Shown here: one piece after another, positions 9,548-19,789 of the stretch
Numbering within the stretch: the stretch's first letter is position 1
Layout: every line of letters begins with the position of its first letter
Source of the DNA: Nitrosopumilus sp.
GTDB lineage: Archaea > Thermoproteota > Nitrososphaeria > Nitrososphaerales > Nitrosopumilaceae
Direction of reading: 5' to 3'
Length of the DNA: 64,000 bases
Assembly: GCA_965197525.1 (NCBI GenBank)
Contig: OZ240211.1
Span: 704,001 to 768,000, forward strand
The notes under the pieces: model-generated
What the model saw: only the letters and a program-made list of their open reading frames with translations
Database searches by the model: none
What the model was told of the DNA's origin: nothing
Made by a program: the position numbers and the translations under genes

Positions 9548-10650
9548 TCTAGACTACGACGAGGATGTTTTTACATGCATTCAAAGTTATAGAAACAGTA
9601 CTTAAAGATGGAATTTGCGGTACTGGAACTATAGTGCAGTGGCAGACAGAGTCTTACATAGTATAATGAACACAAAACAAAGGATAGCCAAATAACAGAC
9701 ATATCACGCATTAGAGATCCTGGAGCTAGTAATATTTGAAAAATCCCAAAAAGATTCTAGCTTAATTCATGGCGGTCTTTGAGAATTATTTGTCATGATT
9801 TCAATAATAATAATAATAATCACAATAACAACAACAATAACATAGCCAAAATACTTTAGTTTTCAAGTCTTGTATCTCTTGTAATAGGGAGATTGATTTG
9901 CACGATTATGTGCAACTTTTTATCATCAAACGCTATCCTGCCTTGTTGTAAGCCGTTTTTTTTTTTTGGTCTATGACATAATGAGAACATCTCAAACAAT
10001 CTAGGTACTAGAACATTTTGTATTTTTGATATGTATTGCATACAGCAGAATCCACACTTGTATTTACAATACCATGACAAGTCTGACCCTGCTTTTTTGT
10101 ATAGTTTGGTTAGTACGAATTTGGCGCAACCAAAATCTGTTATCTTCTCAATGATCTCGTATTTCTTACAGGTATCACATACATCTTTACACTTGTATCA
10201 AGATAATATCATTATTCATTAGAATATTTAGAACAAACATATTTCTTAAAAAAACAGTATAACAGATAAGATCAATATTTGAAATACTAGCATGCATATT
10301 TTTTTTAAAATCAGTAAGACTCAGAATCTAACCAATATTCACAAACACATCTTCCAAGAAGATCAGGTTATTCAGACATAAACCACAAAATCATACCAAG
10401 ATTGAATAGGACAAAAAAAGTGGTCATACTAGAACATTGTATTACATTTCATAGAGATGAGACATGGTTTGTCTCCTTGCGTTTGCCAAGTAATTGATAA
10501 CAGTGATGCAAGCCATGTACAGCAGATATTTTAGATTTGTGGACATATTTGTAAAGAGGGGATTGCACAGATATAGGCATCATACATACATACATACGTT
10601 ATCAGTAATGATACAACACGATTAAAAAAAATAAAAAAGATGATAATTTG

Positions 10651-11271
10651 TTATTTCACCTTGGAGAATCGACTTTGGACTTCGTCCCAGTTGACTGTAT
10701 TCCACCAGGCCTCGATGTAGGCGGGTCGTTTGTTTTGGTATTTGAGATAGTATGCATGCTCCCATACATCGCATCCCAGCAACGGTACCAACCCTTGTGT
10801 TCTAGGACTAGTCTGGTTTGGCATGGCCACGTATTCGACCTTGCCAGAAGAAGGGTTGTAGACCAACCATCCCCAGCCACTGCCCTGATGAACTGCTGTA
10901 ACTGATGAGAATTTTGTCTTAAAGTCAGCAAAGCTTCCAAAAGAGTCGTTGATTGCGTCTGCAATTGACCCTCCAGGCTCGCCACCTCCATTTGGTTTCA
11001 TATTGTTCCAAAATAGCCTATGGTTATCATAACCACCACCGTTAAAGTTGATTGCGCCCCTTTGAGCATCAGGTACGGAACCAAGATCTGAGAATATCTC
11101 CAAGATATCCTTGTCTTGAATCTCAGATGGACATGCATCCAAGGCTGCATTTAATTTGTCAGTGTATGCTTGATGATGTTTTGTATGATGAATCTCCATT
11201 GTTTGAGCATCAATGTAAGGTTCTAGTGCATCATATGCATATGGCATTTCAGGAAGAGTATATTTTCCCAT
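10651..11271 (-). CDS. sod: Fe/Mn superoxide dismutase
   Basis: HHTKHH, NHRLFW, QGSGWGW and DVWEHAYY motifs. Likely start MGKYTLPEMPY at 11271. Confidence 0.97.
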   Translation of the reverse strand: MGKYTLPEMPYAYDALEPYIDAQTMEIHHTKHHQAYTDKLNAALDACPSEIQDKDILEIFSDLGSVPDAQRGAINFNGGGYDNHRLFWNNMKPNGGGEPGGSIADAINDSFGSFADFKTKFSSVTAVHQGSGWGWLVYNPSSGKVEYVAMPNQTSPRTQGLVPLLGCDVWEHAYYLKYQNKRPAYIEAWWNTVNWDEVQSRFSKVK

Positions 11272-11376
11272 GAGGAACACTACAAATTCAATCAATTTAT
11301 TGGTTTAGTCACTAGTCAGAGGATAAAAAACGACAATAAACAATTCATTTTTACCTGTAAAACCAGATAAAAAACT

Positions 11377-13605
11377 GTGAAGCAGGCAGTTTTTTTGTGC
11401 AGTGTGATAATACTTGGAGTTGTAGGCATAATCGTATTGCAGTATGTTATACCAGCAACAACAACAACAATGATAGTAACAGACAGCGATCAGATAGAGC
11501 TATACCTAGAGAATAGCGGACCATACATAGGAACTACAACTCCGCAGAGATACGACATCCTAGGTGAAGGAATAAAAATAGCAGTAATTGACACAGGCGT
11601 TGACTTTAACCATCCTGACTTGTATGGATGGAGTGACACAAACGACATAAATGAACCAGTAAAGGTCATAGGAGGATACAACTTTATCTCAGAGAGCATG
11701 CCGCCAATAGACTCAAACGGTCATGGTACCCAGGTTGCAGGAGTGATTGCAGCAGACGGGCAGATAACTGGAATTGCTCCAAAGGCAAAGATTCTGGCAT
11801 ACAAAGTATCAGAGGATGGCAACGGAGTCTCATCAGAACTAATAGCCAGAGCAATAAAACAGGCAATCTCAGATGAGGCAGACATCATCAACATCAGTCT
11901 GGGGGTAAACAGAACAAATACACAGATTGATGACGCAGTAAACGAGGCAGCAGAACAGGGGATACTGGTGGTAACAGCTGCGGGGAATGATGGGCCAGAC
12001 ACATACACAATAGGCAGTCCTGGAAGAAGTCTTGGGTCTATAACCGTAGGGGCCACATATAACAACCTGACATCCAGTCTTGTTGCAACACTACAGATAG
12101 ACGACAAGGCGTATACTGCAGTTCCTATGACTGGGACTGTACCGCTTGATGAACTAATAACTGCCGATATTGTAGTTGGAGGATACGGCAAAGCAACTGA
12201 CATTGCAGATATCAATGTCACAGACAAGATAGTAATTGTACAACGAGGAAGCGATATTCCAGATGAGTTGCTGTACTTTTCAATCAAAGAAGAGAATGCT
12301 GCAAATGCAGGAGCAAAGGCATTGCTAGTATACAACAACATACCGGGAATATTTCTTGGAGAGTTAATACACGAGTTCATAAAACAGGGGTATGCCCCGC
12401 AGATTCCGGTGGTGTCGATGAGTCAGCAAGACGGGCAAGAGATATTGGAGATGATAAATAAGAATAATGATAATAATAATGATAATAATAGTAATAATGA
12501 TAATAATAGTAACAAAGCAACAATAGACCTGTTTTACAATCCTGATTTTATAGCACATTTTAGTTCCAGAGGACCGGTATCACCGTTTTACATCAAACCA
12601 GACATTGTAGCACCAGGCGCGTATATCAACACTACACAGAATGGCTACCCAGTTACGATATCAGGAGGAGGATACAACCTTACAAGCGGGACAAGTTATG
12701 CTGCACCACACGTTAGCGGAGCAGCGGCGTTACTGATGCAAAAGTATCCAGACTTGCACCATAACGAGATAACTGCGCTGTTACTGACAACAGTGGAACC
12801 GGTATCGGATGCGTATGGTATAGAGTTCTCACTGCATGATGCAGGGGCAGGCAGACTAGACATCAATAATGCGTACCAGGCAGACATGGTAATTACGCCG
12901 CCTAGTTTTGTAGCAAGTATGACTGCAACTGACAATACCATACAGCAAGAGTTCAAACTGCGAGTACTAGATGATGATGATGATGAGAATGGTAATGGGA
13001 ATGATGGCAACAGCATAACAATAGATGATTTAGATATTAAATACAACAGTCCAGAGTTCATAAAATGGACACATGCAATAAAAAACAACAACACGTTATT
13101 TGTGAATATAAACATAACAGAGGACGGTACATGGGGAGAACACCAGGGAAAGATCATTATAAACCATCAGGATACACGATACACCATACCATTTATTATA
13201 CATTACACACAAGGCAAGATATCAGTGATACAACAGGATCAAAAACTGCACTTTGAGGTATCACACCCTGATGTGTGGAACTATGCAAAGATTGTAGTGA
13301 CAAACGGTAATGACGGTACTGCACACGAGACAACAGCTGCAACTCCTGCAAACAATGCAGCGTCAGTTCAGATATACGAAAACGCAGAGTACTGGATAAA
13401 TGCCAAAATAAGAGTAAATGGCACAGTCACATCTGATGTGTATAACGCCATCACGGTAACGTCGTTAGAGGAGCATAACGATTCTTCTTCTTCTTCGTCT
13501 GCGATACACCCAAACAACATCATACAGACAAGACCGTTAACAATAATTATTGGCATTCTAATAGGCGTATCAGCAATAGGCATAGTACTAAAGAGAGTCA
13601 GCTAG
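11377..13605 (+). CDS. Membrane-anchored subtilisin-like S8 serine protease with PA domain
   Basis: Catalytic triad IAVIDTG, HGTQVAG, SGTSYAAP; N- and C-terminal hydrophobic helices; in-frame Asn, Asp and Ser repeat inserts. Confidence 0.92.
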   Translation: MKQAVFLCSVIILGVVGIIVLQYVIPATTTTMIVTDSDQIELYLENSGPYIGTTTPQRYDILGEGIKIAVIDTGVDFNHPDLYGWSDTNDINEPVKVIGGYNFISESMPPIDSNGHGTQVAGVIAADGQITGIAPKAKILAYKVSEDGNGVSSELIARAIKQAISDEADIINISLGVNRTNTQIDDAVNEAAEQGILVVTAAGNDGPDTYTIGSPGRSLGSITVGATYNNLTSSLVATLQIDDKAYTAVPMTGTVPLDELITADIVVGGYGKATDIADINVTDKIVIVQRGSDIPDELLYFSIKEENAANAGAKALLVYNNIPGIFLGELIHEFIKQGYAPQIPVVSMSQQDGQEILEMINKNNDNNNDNNSNNDNNSNKATIDLFYNPDFIAHFSSRGPVSPFYIKPDIVAPGAYINTTQNGYPVTISGGGYNLTSGTSYAAPHVSGAAALLMQKYPDLHHNEITALLLTTVEPVSDAYGIEFSLHDAGAGRLDINNAYQADMVITPPSFVASMTATDNTIQQEFKLRVLDDDDDENGNGNDGNSITIDDLDIKYNSPEFIKWTHAIKNNNTLFVNINITEDGTWGEHQGKIIINHQDTRYTIPFIIHYTQGKISVIQQDQKLHFEVSHPDVWNYAKIVVTNGNDGTAHETTAATPANNAASVQIYENAEYWINAKIRVNGTVTSDVYNAITVTSLEEHNDSSSSSSAIHPNNIIQTRPLTIIIGILIGVSAIGIVLKRVS

Positions 13606-15188
13606 GTGGTGGTGGTAGCAGCAGGAGGACCTGCATCAACAATATCCTGTGGAACGCCATTAAATTTTGCAAAGTTCTCAATGAACATGCACGATAGTTT
13701 TTTGGCAGATGTATCATATGCTTTCTTGTCATCCCAGGTGTTCTTGGGATCAAGTATCACAGAGGGAACGCCTGGGACCTCATCTGGAATATCAAGATTA
13801 AACAGAGAATCATGATGGTACGATACGCCATCCAGACTGCCTGACAGCGCAGCAGTGATCATTGCACGGCTGTATTTGAGCGATATGCGCTGTCCGATAC
13901 CGTATGGACCGCCGGACCAGCCGGTATTTACCAAGTACACCATGGTATTATGACGATTAATCTTCTCGCCTAGCAGTTTTGCGTACACTGCGGCAGGTCT
14001 TGGCATGAATGGCGCGCCAAAGCACTCTGAAAATACGGATTTTGGCTCTTTGATGCCGCGCTCAGTACCTGCAAGCTTGCTTGTATATCCTGACATAAAG
14101 TGATACATGGCACCCTCTTTTGATAACCTGGATATGGGTGGGAGTACACCTAGTGCGTCTGCAGTAAGAAATATGATGGCAGATGGGTGGCCTCCAATAC
14201 TTGGAACCACGATATTTGGAATATAGTCTAGGGGGTATGCAACACGCGTATTCTCAGTTGTGCTCCCGTCACTGTAATCAGGAGTGTTATTATCACCGCG
14301 CAACACCACGTTCTCCAAGACTGCGCCTGGTTTGATGGCATTCCAGATTTCAGGCTCGGACTCTTTGTTCAGATTTATGCATTTTGCATAACAGCCGCCC
14401 TCAAAGTTAAACGTACCAGAATCAGACCAGCCGTGCTCGTCATCTCCGATAAGCCTTCTGTTGGGATCAGCTGACAGCGTAGTCTTGCCTGTACCTGAAA
14501 GCCCAAAGAACAATGCAGTATCGCCATTTTTAGTACCAATGTTTGCAGAACAATGCATCGGAAATACACCGCGCGATGGCAGCAAAAAGTTCATGATACT
14601 GAACATTGATTTTTTCATCTCGCCTGCGTATTCTGTGCCGCCGATCAGTACAATCTTTCTAGTCAGGTCGACTATAATAAAGACATCAGAACGTGTACCG
14701 TCAACTGCGGGATCGGCATAAAAGTCGTTAATACACAGTATCGTAAACTCAGGTGTATGGTCTTGCAGATCATTGGGATCATTGGGTCTGATAAACAGGT
14801 TTCTTGCAAACAAGCTCTGCCATACATGATCATTAATTACGCGTATTGGAAGCTGGTTCTCAGGGTCTGCACCGACAAAGCCGTCAAAGACAAACAACTC
14901 TTTATCCTCTACAAATTTTTTCATCTTTGTAAACAGTGCATCAAACTTGTCACTGGAGAACTTGTGATTAATTTTACCCCAACCAACTGTATCACGGGTG
15001 GTATCATCATGTATGATAAAACGATCATCAGGTGACCTGCCAGTGTATTTGCCGGTATTTACTGATACGGAACCAGTCGAGTTTACTACTCCTTCACCGC
15101 GTTTTACTGCCAAGTCAATCATCTCAGATACGCCAAGATTTCTATAGACGCGCAAAGGGTTAATTCCAAATGCAGTCAACTGCGACAT
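13602..15188 (-). CDS. pckA: Phosphoenolpyruvate carboxykinase (ATP)
   Basis: YTGRSP, GTEYAGEMKK, FFGLSGTGKTTLSAD, LIGDDEHGW and FNFEGGCYAK motifs. Confidence 0.97.
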   Translation of the reverse strand: MSQLTAFGINPLRVYRNLGVSEMIDLAVKRGEGVVNSTGSVSVNTGKYTGRSPDDRFIIHDDTTRDTVGWGKINHKFSSDKFDALFTKMKKFVEDKELFVFDGFVGADPENQLPIRVINDHVWQSLFARNLFIRPNDPNDLQDHTPEFTILCINDFYADPAVDGTRSDVFIIVDLTRKIVLIGGTEYAGEMKKSMFSIMNFLLPSRGVFPMHCSANIGTKNGDTALFFGLSGTGKTTLSADPNRRLIGDDEHGWSDSGTFNFEGGCYAKCINLNKESEPEIWNAIKPGAVLENVVLRGDNNTPDYSDGSTTENTRVAYPLDYIPNIVVPSIGGHPSAIIFLTADALGVLPPISRLSKEGAMYHFMSGYTSKLAGTERGIKEPKSVFSECFGAPFMPRPAAVYAKLLGEKINRHNTMVYLVNTGWSGGPYGIGQRISLKYSRAMITAALSGSLDGVSYHHDSLFNLDIPDEVPGVPSVILDPKNTWDDKKAYDTSAKKLSCMFIENFAKFNGVPQDIVDAGPPAATTTT

Positions 15189-15373
15189 GAACTTTTCATT
15201 GACTACACTACCAAGTAGTTGGGTCAGAGAGACACACCCCCAAACGCAGTTGTTTTAATCCCAGACAAGCAATTCATGAGATATTCAATTCGCCCAAAGT
15301 TTCCTTATTATCTTTTCCCATAAAAAAATTCATCTAGGAACGTATTTATTCCAAAATTAGTATACGTGATACA

Positions 15374-15778
15374 ATGCCAATTAACAAGGAACTATTAGAA
15401 AAAAGAGAGCAGATCAAGGGGAACAATCCCGATTTTGTACGACCTGAGAGTTGGCGTTATGTGAGATTACAGACTAACTGGAGAAAACCCAAGGGCATAG
15501 ACCATCACCAACGAAAACAGAAGAGCAGGGGACGTCCGGGTTTAGTCAAGATAGGGTATGGAGGGCCAAAGGAGTCACAAGGACTGCACCCTTCAGGATA
15601 TACAGATAATCTAGTGTTTAATTTAGCGGACTTGAAAAAGTTGGACCCAAAGAAAGACGGAGTAAGATTCGGACACAGTGTGGGTACAAAAAAACGAAAA
15701 GAGATTGCAGCTATAGCAATAGCAGAAAAGTTCAAGATATTTAATGCAAGGGTGAGTAGTGTATCGCATGGTAGTTAA
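15374..15778 (+). CDS. rpl32e: 50S ribosomal protein L32e
   Basis: FVRPESWRYVRL..WRKPKGID and GLHPSG motifs. Confidence 0.96.
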   Translation: MPINKELLEKREQIKGNNPDFVRPESWRYVRLQTNWRKPKGIDHHQRKQKSRGRPGLVKIGYGGPKESQGLHPSGYTDNLVFNLADLKKLDPKKDGVRFGHSVGTKKRKEIAAIAIAEKFKIFNARVSSVSHGS

Positions 15779-16238
15779 TCTTCAGGCCAAGAAGAGACTG
15801 GCAGCGCGAGTAATAGGTGTCGGAGTACACAGGATAAGATTTGATCCTGATCATTTGGACCACATCGAGGACGCAATTACACGAGAAAATATTCGTAGTT
15901 TGGTTACTGCAAATACAATCAAAGTAAAGTCATTTACAGGGACATCACGCGGCAGAGCGCACGCAAAAAAGGAACAGCGAAACAAGCGAGGTACCACCCA
16001 AGGGTCAAAACAGGGAAGTAAGGGTGCCCGAATAGGTAAGAAGACTGTATATGTTGCAAAGGTGCGCGCACTGCGACGACTGCTAAAGATAGCAAAGGAT
16101 AGAAAGGATATAACCAATCCTGAATTTTGGACGTTGTACAAAAAGGTAGGCGGAAACACAGTCAGAAACAAGGCACACCTGCGTACACTTATGGATACGA
16201 TGGTACAGAAACGCACCAATGCTGCTAGTAATAATTAA
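15768..16238 (+). CDS. rpl19e: 50S ribosomal protein L19e
   Basis: NLQAKKRLAARVIGVGVHRI...AITRENIR...GTSRGRA. Start at ATG 15768. Confidence 0.96.
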   Translation: MVVNLQAKKRLAARVIGVGVHRIRFDPDHLDHIEDAITRENIRSLVTANTIKVKSFTGTSRGRAHAKKEQRNKRGTTQGSKQGSKGARIGKKTVYVAKVRALRRLLKIAKDRKDITNPEFWTLYKKVGGNTVRNKAHLRTLMDTMVQKRTNAASNN

Positions 16239-16402
16239 ACCATCACAAACAATAGCTGCGAGTTCATCTACAACACATATTATCTAATCGCGGTATACTG
16301 CTAGGTGTTCTTCAAGTTTATCTAGCACAAAAAATAGCTTACCTCTAGTGTACAAGAAAAGCTAACAAACGTTAAATAATAATTTAACATAACAATATTG
16401 TT

Positions 16403-16855
16403 GTGTTAATAATGATACCTGAATTTAATAATAAAGGAAACCTCCCAGTAGGTGTACACCAAGCAGGATGGTCCGAGTTTAGAGAGAAATTCGGCTATAA
16501 TTACGATAGAAGGAAACTACTCCAAGGAATGTTATCTGCATTAAAAAATCTCAAAAAAGCAGGATGTTCTACAGCATTCATTGATGGTAGTTTTGTCACC
16601 AGTAAACAAAAACCAAACGACTATGACGGATGCTGGGTTGAAACAGGTGTAGATTTGGATGTACTGGATCCTGTTCTCAAAGATTTTGGACCTAAACGTA
16701 TTGCACAAAAAGTAAAATTTTCAGGAGAATTATTTCCAACAGTTATGCATAATAAACCAGGTCAGATTATGTTAGATTTCTTTCAAGTAGATAGAGATGC
16801 TAATCCAAAAGGAATTATAGAAATTAATTTGGTGGATATAAATGATCAAGAATGA
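16403..16855 (+). CDS. DUF6932-like minimal nucleotidyltransferase-fold protein (putative toxin)
   Basis: IPEFNNKGNLPVGVH start, FIDGSFVT..KPNDYD signature and PKGIIEI end. Confidence 0.75.
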   Translation: MLIMIPEFNNKGNLPVGVHQAGWSEFREKFGYNYDRRKLLQGMLSALKNLKKAGCSTAFIDGSFVTSKQKPNDYDGCWVETGVDLDVLDPVLKDFGPKRIAQKVKFSGELFPTVMHNKPGQIMLDFFQVDRDANPKGIIEINLVDINDQE

Positions 16856-17270
16856 AAAACAGTACAAGATAACAAAAACCAAGATAAAAGACTTTGAGCA
16901 AGCTATTTCTATACTGGAGCAAAAGATCGACAATAGTTCTGATGCGTTTTTAGAGTTGGAACATGACGCACTGCGGGGTCAGTTATTTGATTTGAAGGGA
17001 GAGATAGAAGAATACGAAGATTTGAAAGACAGCAATGCATCCACACTAGAATTCACAAATATAGAAGAGCTGTCTAAAATGTTAATCAAAAGTAGAATCG
17101 CGTTAGGATTAAGTCAGAAACGTCTGGCAGAAAAAATTGGATTGCATGAACAACAAATACAACGCTATGAACATACAGATTACGAGTCCGCTAGCTACTC
17201 CAGACTAAAAGAAATATGCAAAGCACTGGCATTAGAAAAAGAAAAAATTGAATTTTCGCCACGACCGTAG
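16842..17270 (+). CDS. XRE-family HTH protein with N-terminal coiled coil (putative antitoxin/regulator)
   Basis: MIKNEKQY start and RIALGLSQKRLAEKIGLHEQQIQRYE helix-turn-helix; overlaps the upstream gene by 14 bp. Confidence 0.8.
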   Translation: MIKNEKQYKITKTKIKDFEQAISILEQKIDNSSDAFLELEHDALRGQLFDLKGEIEEYEDLKDSNASTLEFTNIEELSKMLIKSRIALGLSQKRLAEKIGLHEQQIQRYEHTDYESASYSRLKEICKALALEKEKIEFSPRP

Positions 17271-17472
17271 ACGAGACAAGTCATAACAAAACAGTAAAAA
17301 AATTATCGTGGCTGTAATATGGAAATTTACGCTCAAACTTACATCTCTCATAAAACAGATAGTGATGATTGGTGGGTATGATGTGTGTAGATCATAGATT
17401 ACTTTAAAAAAAACTACACAGTGGCTATTTCTGTAGTTTAGATGTTCCAAACCCACAAAACATCACCATCAT

Positions 17473-17772
17473 CTAAAACTTGTGTAACACGTTAGATAAA
17501 TCAACAATCTTGTCGTCTTGTATGTGTATCCCCTCTTTGTGCAGCATGTTGATCTTTACATCCTTGCCGTACGCGTAGCCTCCAACGAGTCCTGTAGACA
17601 TTACAACTCGATGGCATGGAACGATACCAGGATAGGGATTCCTGTTCATTACTCTGCCTACAACACGCTGACCGTTCTTTAGGCCTACTGCATTAGCCAA
17701 CTCTCCATAGGTGGTGATATGGCCTTTGGGAACTTCTAGTAGTTTTTTGTATATCTTTTCATCAAGATTCAA
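17473..17772 (-). CDS. ogt: O6-methylguanine-DNA methyltransferase (short form, DNA-binding domain only)
   Basis: VPKGHITTYGELA and NPYPGIVPCHRVV with the active Cys. TTG start at 17772 overlaps the dtdA stop. Confidence 0.92.
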   Translation of the reverse strand: MNLDEKIYKKLLEVPKGHITTYGELANAVGLKNGQRVVGRVMNRNPYPGIVPCHRVVMSTGLVGGYAYGKDVKINMLHKEGIHIQDDKIVDLSNVLHKF

Positions 17773-18551
17773 AGCTTGATCACTTTTAATCCAGTGGCAT
17801 CCAGCAAATTTAAGACTTTGTGTTTGTGGATACGGTTCATTCCTTTCCAATCTAATAGCGCCACAGTTGCCATATTATTTTGTGCCATGATATGAGAGAA
17901 TAGATCAGAGTCAAGATCGTCGATTGCGTGTTTTGGAATCACAGTACCTAGTGCATGATTCCCTGATAGTAGTTCCTCAGTAAACTTGACAGGATAGTGC
18001 GTTCCGCCAAAACATATGGCAACAGGGTTATCATCAGGGATTGAAGATGACAGTGTATCATGAATGATATTGCTCACTGACTGACACAAGTGTATATCAG
18101 TCCATTGTTCTTCGGTGGTTCCAATCTCGATGAATATAGATGGTTTATCCAAATCAGTAGGACCGTGATGTGTTGCCTCTATAGTGATATCAAAGTTAGA
18201 GAATGCATACTGGTGATGCTTTAACCTTTGAAGATATGCCTTTTGAAGGTGAGGCATTGGAATTGCAACACGGCGTGGGGAACCGCCAAACTCTGCTGCA
18301 GAAAAGTTGCCGGTACTGTGACACGTCAGTGCCAGATCGCCTGACACTGCAGCATGTTTTGATAAAAAGACATAACCGTCATACGAATACTTTTCAGACA
18401 GCCAGTCAGCAGAGATTGCAGGGGTGGGTATTACAACCATATCATAGTACTTTCCATGAAATACGCCGTCGCGCAAAACCATCTCTTTTGATAGACAACA
18501 AGCCATGTTGTAACCTGCAGGGTCGTCACGATATGCAACCAACAGTAACAT
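17769..18551 (-). CDS. dtdA: Archaeal D-aminoacyl-tRNA deacylase
   Basis: FLSKHAA, LTCHSTGNF, EATHHGPT, FIEIGT and FGGTHY motifs. Likely start MLLLVAY at 18551. Confidence 0.92.
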   Translation of the reverse strand: MLLLVAYRDDPAGYNMACCLSKEMVLRDGVFHGKYYDMVVIPTPAISADWLSEKYSYDGYVFLSKHAAVSGDLALTCHSTGNFSAAEFGGSPRRVAIPMPHLQKAYLQRLKHHQYAFSNFDITIEATHHGPTDLDKPSIFIEIGTTEEQWTDIHLCQSVSNIIHDTLSSSIPDDNPVAICFGGTHYPVKFTEELLSGNHALGTVIPKHAIDDLDSDLFSHIMAQNNMATVALLDWKGMNRIHKHKVLNLLDATGLKVIKL

Positions 18552-18589
18552 GAATAAGAGATATAAAGACAGCTTTATAATCTCCAGCA

Positions 18590-18763
18590 TTGAAACCCAA
18601 GCAGACACTAAAAAACATGCTAAACACCATGAAGATGGCAAAAAAGCCAGATAAAGAAGAGTATCAACAACATCTCAGACTAGTGTTATTAGGAATAGCA
18701 GGAGTAGGTGCTATTGGCTTTACCATTCAATTTGTATTTTCAGTTCTCACATTTGGTAGATAG
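18590..18763 (+). CDS. secE: Protein translocase subunit SecE/Sec61-gamma (missed by the ORF track)
   Basis: TTG 18590 to TAG 18763: KMAKKPDKEEYQQHLRLVLLGIAGVGAIGFTI; directly upstream of spt5. Confidence 0.9.
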   Translation: MKPKQTLKNMLNTMKMAKKPDKEEYQQHLRLVLLGIAGVGAIGFTIQFVFSVLTFGR

Positions 18764-18765
18764 CA

Positions 18766-19224
18766 ATGTCAGACGAGATTAAATCACACCTATTTGCAAT
18801 TAGAACTACAGGGGGACAAGAAAAGGTGGTCATGCGCCTGCTAGAGGCAAAGGCCAATGCAAATCAAGTAAACATTCAGTCAGTACTGCTAGTCGACAAT
18901 CTCAAAGGATATGTGGTCATCGAGGCAATCAACCCAAGTGACGCATACATGGCAGTAGAGGGGGTCAGACACATCAGAGGACAGCTAAGAGGAGAGTTGG
19001 AGTTTAAGGATATAGAAGGGTATCTCATAAAGAGATCTACTGTATCACAACTAGCAGTAGATAACACAGTAGAGATTACAGGCGGACCATTCAAAGGTAT
19101 GAAGGCAACCATTACACGCATAGATGTGGAAAAAGAAGAGGCAACTGTTGTGTTGTTGGATGCATCGTACCAGCTGCCAGTTACAGTTGACGCAAATTAT
19201 CTAAAACTATCAAGTGGAGCATAA
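18766..19224 (+). CDS. spt5: Transcription elongation factor Spt5/NusG
   Basis: FAIRTTGGQEK, KGYVVIEA and KOW motif VEITGGPFKG. Confidence 0.95.
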   Translation: MSDEIKSHLFAIRTTGGQEKVVMRLLEAKANANQVNIQSVLLVDNLKGYVVIEAINPSDAYMAVEGVRHIRGQLRGELEFKDIEGYLIKRSTVSQLAVDNTVEITGGPFKGMKATITRIDVEKEEATVVLLDASYQLPVTVDANYLKLSSGA

Positions 19225-19297
19225 TAATAATAATAACAGCAGAGTAAGAAGAAATGACAGTAGCAAAGATTAAATTTTCATACAAGAGGGAGTAGAC

Positions 19298-19777
19298 ATG
19301 GCAGAACAAAGAATATCATCACTTGTAACAGGCGGAGGAGCATCAGCAGGACCACCATTAGGACCTGCATTAGGCCCGTTAGGAGTAAACATCATGCAAG
19401 TAATAAACGCAATCAATGACAAGACCAAAGAATTTGAAGGAATGAAGATACCTGTAACTGTGATTGTGGATACTGACACAAAAGAGTATGATATAGAGGT
19501 AGGAATTCCATCAGCTGCTGCATTGATAATGAAAGAGGCCAACATAAACAAAGGGTCAGGTGCATCAGGGACTGAATGGGCAGGTGACATCACCATTGAT
19601 TCAGTTATCAAAGTTGCAAATGCCAAGCTTGAAAGTTCATATGCCTCGTCATTAAAATCAGTTACAAAAACCATTGTTGGTACGTGTATGGCCTTAGGAG
19701 TAAAGATAGACGGAAAGACACCGAAAGAGATGACAGCCGAAATTAACGACGGCAAGTGGAACGAAAAGTTCTCCTAG
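19298..19777 (+). CDS. rpl11: 50S ribosomal protein L11
   Basis: GGGASAGPPLGPALGPLGVNI and GTCMALGV motifs. Confidence 0.97.
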   Translation: MAEQRISSLVTGGGASAGPPLGPALGPLGVNIMQVINAINDKTKEFEGMKIPVTVIVDTDTKEYDIEVGIPSAAALIMKEANINKGSGASGTEWAGDITIDSVIKVANAKLESSYASSLKSVTKTIVGTCMALGVKIDGKTPKEMTAEINDGKWNEKFS

Positions 19778-19789
19778 ACATAAAAAGAA

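Larger units (their letters stand above)
8165..9583 (-). mobile_element. IS110-family element with IS1111-type sub-terminal inverted repeats and a CA core
   Basis: IRs tgttaaaacatcc (8171-8183) and ggatgtttttaca (9563-9575), 12/13 match, lying 4 and 6 nt inside a shared CA dinucleotide (8165-8166, 9582-9583). Confidence 0.85.

Noticed and set aside
9856-10260. Cys-rich ORF fragments between the IS110 element and sod
   Set aside because: Interrupted by stops and homopolymer runs; no family could be assigned.
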